Source: Mobula hypostoma
Taxonomy: Eukaryota
Assembly: GCF_963921235.1 (NCBI RefSeq)
Contig: NC_086097.1
Coordinates: 43,774,001 to 43,838,000 of the forward strand
Length of the DNA: 64,000 nt
Direction of reading: 5' to 3'
Below are positions 60,046 through 64,000 of the stretch, piece by piece. Numbering within the stretch: the first letter of the stretch is position 1; each line of letters starts with the position of its first letter. The position numbers were made by a program, and so were the translations under genes. The notes beneath the pieces are model-generated. The model did not search any database. It worked only from the letters and a program-made list of their open reading frames with translations, and was not told where the DNA came from.

Positions 60046-63000
60046 TAATAACTTTGCATCTGTAGGAATGCAATAGCAATGGTGGGATAAGAATGAACCA
60101 TATCTTATGGAAATCTATCTGCCTATTTTGTCTGAAATCTTCAGCTCAAACTCTAGGAAAGAATATCAGCTAGAATAATCTTATTTATGTATTTTATTTT
60201 GTGATACAGCACAGAATAGGCCTTAATGAGACATAACTTACCACAAGCAGTAAAATAGAAATTCTATGGAGAATCCATTACTTTGAGTTTACTTAAAGGA
60301 AGAAAAGAAGCAAATGGTTGAATAGAAAATTCTTCAAATAGGGATAGCGTGTCATCAAGTCTTTGGAGCTAAACAGGGCTGCATTTCCTTTTGAAGGCTT
60401 GGACGAGCTGCACTTGCTGTTTCAGGCAGAATGCAGACAAGTTTCAAGAGATGGTAAATCATTTGCTCTGACAGGGAAAGTGACCAGAGAACTGAGATTT
60501 TATAACATTGGTTTATTGACAGAGTTAATGCTATTATTTGTCAGTTCACAATTCATACCAGCAAGTCCCATGTTTTTCCTGCAAAGCCAAGGAATTTAAT
60601 TGACCATAGGCAACTGAAAAATGTTGTGCTTATTTCCACTGAGTTTCCAGATCTGCCAGGTTCACTGCATTTGCTTGGCTATCTATCATGTTTTCCATTA
60701 ACACGTGTAATTCTGAACTTATGTTACCTCGGGCTCAGAAATGAGGCAACTACCAATTTGTGTTTTGTTTCAGAACGAAGTACTTTTTTAGATATTTTTC
60801 TCGGTGAAAAATAAAACCGGCTTCTCCTAGGTGAATCATACCATTCTGGCAGAGCTTGAACGTAACTAAATTGAGAATCAACAAATCTCATTCAAGTGTT
60901 ATGAACTTCCTGTTACCATTGGCTTCTGAGGTCACCCAGAAATAGTTTGAGGTGCATTCATAAAGTCACTCAGAGATTAGCTCTACTTTGCACCTTCAAG
61001 TAAGGAAGATCTGAGGTGATTCTGCCCTGAAAGTTCCCACCATGATCATGACCAATTTGAATTTTGCACGTCCACTGAATTTGGATGATATCAATAAGTA
61101 CTCAGTCCCAACAAGGACAAAAGAGCTGCATTCCAGGTCTGAAAAGTAAGAGTGGCCATCTGGAGACAATAGGAATCCATTGGTGGTACTGTTCACTGGA
61201 AGTAATTGTGGTGGTTGGAGCTGCAGGGGTACCACTGTCAGTGTTCATCTGGAAGGTCCTTCAAAAGCTCCATCAATAATCTTGCTAAAGATGGCCGTGA
61301 TCATTCATGGTTGTTCAGCTGCCAGGAACTGCACAGAAAATGAGTTTAGGACATGATTCAACAAGGGCCAGACCAGCTTCTAAGTATCATTTTTGTCTAT
61401 GGAAGTGCCAGGATTTGAGTCTTTTGCTCACTAAAGGGTTTAACTACAACCCCACATTGAAAAACATTATCATTGCTGAATCTTTCATTATGAATACAGT
61501 GAGGGAGCCCATTGACCAGAAATGTAATTGAGGAGGACAAATAAACAGCACAGAAACAAGAGCACATTTAGAGCATGAATATACTATGGCAAGGCTCATA
61601 GAACGTAGAATAGTACAGCACAGTACAGGCCCTTTGGCCCACAATGTTGTGCCGACCCTTAAACCCTGCCTCCCATATAACCCCCACCTTAAATTCCTCC
61701 ACATACCTGTCTCCTCACAAACCTTCCGATCATTTATAAGACTCAAAACAAAAGTGTAGTGGAATAGTCTCTTGCACAGACAAATGAAATTCTGGCAACA
61801 GTCAAGAAATTGAAAGCAGACAAACTGATTAATATTTTTCCATCATCATATACATTCGTTATTTAATCACGGCACATACTAACTTCAATGATTACTATTA
61901 ATAAGCTGTATTTCAGTACAGTGCAGTCCAGTCACTTCTTCAAGAAACTCTTATCCCCCAGACGTCCTATCACTTCAGCTTGCAAGAACTAGGGCACAGG
62001 GAACATGGGAGTCTGCCATCTGCAGCTTCCTTCCATCCCAGTCTGGAGAATAGTTTATGATCGTTCCTTCTTCATCTCTTGCTCAAGATCTTGTAACTGC
62101 CTATCCAACAACACTGTTGTTCGATCTTCTCCACCTGGATGTAGCAGATTTAAAAAGATTGCTTATCACAGCCTTCTCATCGACAATTAGAGATGGACGC
62201 TAAATGCTGCCTGTTCAAAGATATCTAAATGCTATAACTTAGTTCATTCAATGGTAGAATTATGTCAGACGCACAACGTAGAAACATCCTATTCAGCCAA
62301 TTGTTCCATGTTGTTCTTCATGCTTCATTGAGCTTCAGCTCATCTTAGTGAACTAACCTATTTATTTACTTCCCTTTTGTTTACCAGCTTCCCATCAAAC
62401 TTTGTCTGCTTCCTAGAACAATCAAGACACATTCCTTTGCTTGCTGTAATCCCAACAGCCCTGTATCTTTTTCAGCTTCAAATTCTCATCCTCAAAAACG
62501 CAACAACCTCTGCCAAGTATGTAATGTTCTAATGCTCTGCATAATGACATTTCACGTACATTTCTGTTCATTTCTTAATAGGAACTTTAAAATGATGGCT
62601 AAACATTATCTCCTAAACCAGGCGAAGTACCTTTTTTCCTATTCACTCCATCGAAGCTCAATATCATGTTAAGCTCTTTACTAAAAATTCTATTTTTTGT
62701 TTTCTCATGAGTCAATTAGCTCCTTGGCATCATCCTAGTACAACTTTACTGTGACAACTTCCTCTTTCAATGGTTACCCAAGACTGCACTAAGTATGACC
62801 TAACAATTAATATAGCAATAGTTCTTGTTCTGATTATCTCTATTTATAAACACAAAGCTTGGGTTTTCTACTACAGCCAAGGAATTATATACTCCAGAGA
62901 TTCTTCAGATGCTGGAAGTCCAGAAGAACACACACAAAGCGTTGGAGGAACTCAGCAGGTGAGGCAGCATCTATGGAAATGTATCCGGGTTAACTGTATC

Positions 63001-64000
63001 TCTTCTATTTCTCTCTATTGAGTATACAGCCCTGTTCTCCCCTTTCCTCCCAAATGTATTACCTTACACTTGCTTTTTAATAAATCCCCCATCAGTTTAT
63101 CTGCTAACATATCCAACTTTCCCTGGAGTCCTTTCCATATTTCCTTCATTGCTAAACTGTCTACTTGGTATTTTGATAATGTGGTTCATTAGATATTATC
63201 TCACATATATATTTAAATGAAAAAGCTGTGGTCTAATATCATTCTTCTGAAGGTAACAGAGTCTGCTTTTGATACAAGAATAAAGTGAACACGTAAAATG
63301 AAAAACTCATAACATATGGCATTCTAGTGTCCGTCTCAAGAAGGTCTTTTGTGATAGTATTTAAATATGTGGTCATAGAAAATAGAAAATACCAAGGTTG
63401 GCATCAAACACAAACAATGGACAAGAGTCCTGTTACTTGTTTTGTATTCATATTTCATACTCATGAAAGGAAGAATGCTACTTGGCCTATCTATGTGGAA
63501 ATCATTCTTCTCAAATCCCATTCTTCCACTTATTTCCCTGTAACACACGCCCTTTCACGTGCACATCAGCTATTTAGTTCTCCTACCACTCACCCACACC
63601 TGAGGCAACTGATAATGTTGAATTTATTTACAAAGGAGGGAAACAAGAACACCTAGGAAATTTAAGGGGATGGGAGTGGGGTGGAATGTATCGATTTCAA
63701 ACAGTGCCGTATTTAGGATCAAATACAGGCCAGTGGAGTGTGGGTTGGATACACTATCTGTTGTGCCACTGGAAATATTGCTTTCTACCATCTCTATTTG
63801 ACCTTCTAACTCCTGAAAACCACACAATTCTTAAATATTCTGATGAGGCCTGAATTTCAACTACTCAGCAATTTATTGTAGAATTCTGTTCTTCCCAGAT
63901 TCTCAACTCCCCAATTAATTTGTAATATATTCAATTAATAGTGCAGATCGCTGTTCTGCTCTACGTCTTTGATTTTCTTTGACTGAAAGCACTTTTTTTC

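Noticed and set aside
36600..64000. Mammalian-type miRNA/snoRNA clusters or RTL1 upstream of dio3
   Set aside because: No tandem C/D-box or hairpin arrays and no long gag-pol ORF seen; hairpins present are transposon-derived.

Overview
Repeat-rich vertebrate genomic DNA, most likely from a cartilaginous fish (shark/ray), judged from HE1/V-SINE-like SINEs, abundant CR1 LINEs and Penelope elements. Two host genes are supported, both on the minus strand. (1) An intronless type 3 iodothyronine deiodinase (dio3, 34386-35159). The ORF track splits it in two because it has an in-frame TGA (selenocysteine) at 34797-34799; a GUGA-type SECIS lies in the 3'UTR (34067-34135). (2) The first two coding exons of ppp2r5c (PP2A B56-gamma, MPNKNKKEK isoform) in a CpG island at about 2.9-3.8 kb, matching the DIO3-PPP2R5C neighbourhood known from mammals. 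Most of the remainder is decayed mobile DNA: CR1, Rex1/Babar, RTE, Tx1-like, an R4/Dong-like element, Tc1-like, a solo LTR and SINEs. The most striking non-genic pattern is a Penelope-derived family that carries minimal hammerhead-ribozyme motifs. It recurs as short fold-back insertions with a ~36-41 nt one-sided tail and 11-14 bp target-site duplications. Repeat boundaries and family calls are from reading by eye; no searches were run.
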